Source: Anaerolineae bacterium (lineage in GTDB: Bacteria > Chloroflexota > Anaerolineae > Anaerolineales > UBA4823). Taken from it: 64,000 bases of DNA. Each line of letters opens with the position of its first letter. Positions within the stretch are counted from its first letter, which is position 1. The position numbers were made by a program, and so were the translations under genes. Where the stretch lies: contig JBFYSV010000347.1 in assembly GCA_041301185.1 (NCBI GenBank), forward strand, positions 1,697 through 65,696. Direction: 5' to 3'. The notes under the pieces are model-generated. The model saw only the letters and a program-made list of their open reading frames with translations, did no database searches and had not been told where the DNA came from. This document shows positions 63,981 through 64,000 of this stretch, in pieces.

Positions 63981-64000
63981 TGAAGATTTGATTATGAGCG

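Noticed and set aside
1-64000. A scan for CRISPR arrays, tRNA/rRNA genes, transposases, integrases, prophage or classic defence genes.
   Set aside because: No regularly spaced direct repeats, T-loop-like GGTTCGAATCC motifs or recombinase/transposase-like ORFs were seen. The only methyltransferase is an orphan CcrM type with no nuclease partner. A tRNAscan or Infernal run would be needed to exclude small RNAs formally.

Overview
The window reads as a chromosomal segment of a moderately GC-rich bacterium. A Chloroflexota/Anaerolineae-like origin is my inference from the many lipoproteins with Thr/Pro-rich linkers and from the gene content. I support about 56 protein genes. I saw no rRNA, tRNA, CRISPR array, transposase or integrase.

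Layout:
- 0.2-20.6 kb: two xanthine-dehydrogenase-family molybdenum hydroxylase sets plus maturation genes (XdhC, YqeB, a YqeC::MocA fusion, i.e. the markers of selenium-dependent Mo hydroxylases). These are interleaved with a full-length CcrM-type orphan adenine methyltransferase, a cNMP-binding PP2C phosphatase, a CBS-type pyrophosphatase, an RsmF-like methyltransferase, a class III aminotransferase and a DUF4405 membrane operon.
- 20.7-27.4 kb: housekeeping genes (REC, ThpR, RsfS, SDR, DUF503, lipoyl ligase, DapA-like) and a 787-aa protein with Thr/Pro-rich ends.
- 27.6-42.1 kb: an alpha-glucan/maltodextrin locus with a ROK regulator, two ABC importers without an ATPase gene and two GH13 enzymes. 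It contains a lipoprotein made of two tandem solute-binding domains and a permease fused to a PMT/GT-C-like glycosyltransferase domain.
- 42.3-49.6 kb: a four-subunit 2-oxoacid:ferredoxin oxidoreductase, a GlpA-GlpB fusion and GlpC.
- 49.7-54.1 kb: two paralogous GerMN-like lipoproteins and ppdK.
- 54.3-58.7 kb: an orphan promoter-terminator unit, rplU-rpmA with a leader hairpin, an L31 protein carrying an RNA-polymerase-alpha-CTD-like domain, then tdk, hpt and cca.
- 58.7-64 kb: a signalling cluster, including a soluble histidine kinase with a perfect MshEN-type c-di-GMP-binding motif.

Strongest novelty candidates:
- the GT-C::ABC-permease fusion next to Thr/Pro-linker binding proteins
- the L31-alphaCTD fusion
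- the CcrM-type methyltransferase leading a Mo-hydroxylase operon
- the YqeC::MocA fusion
- the orphan C-rich sRNA or micropeptide unit

All functional calls come from motif recognition by eye. No database search was run.
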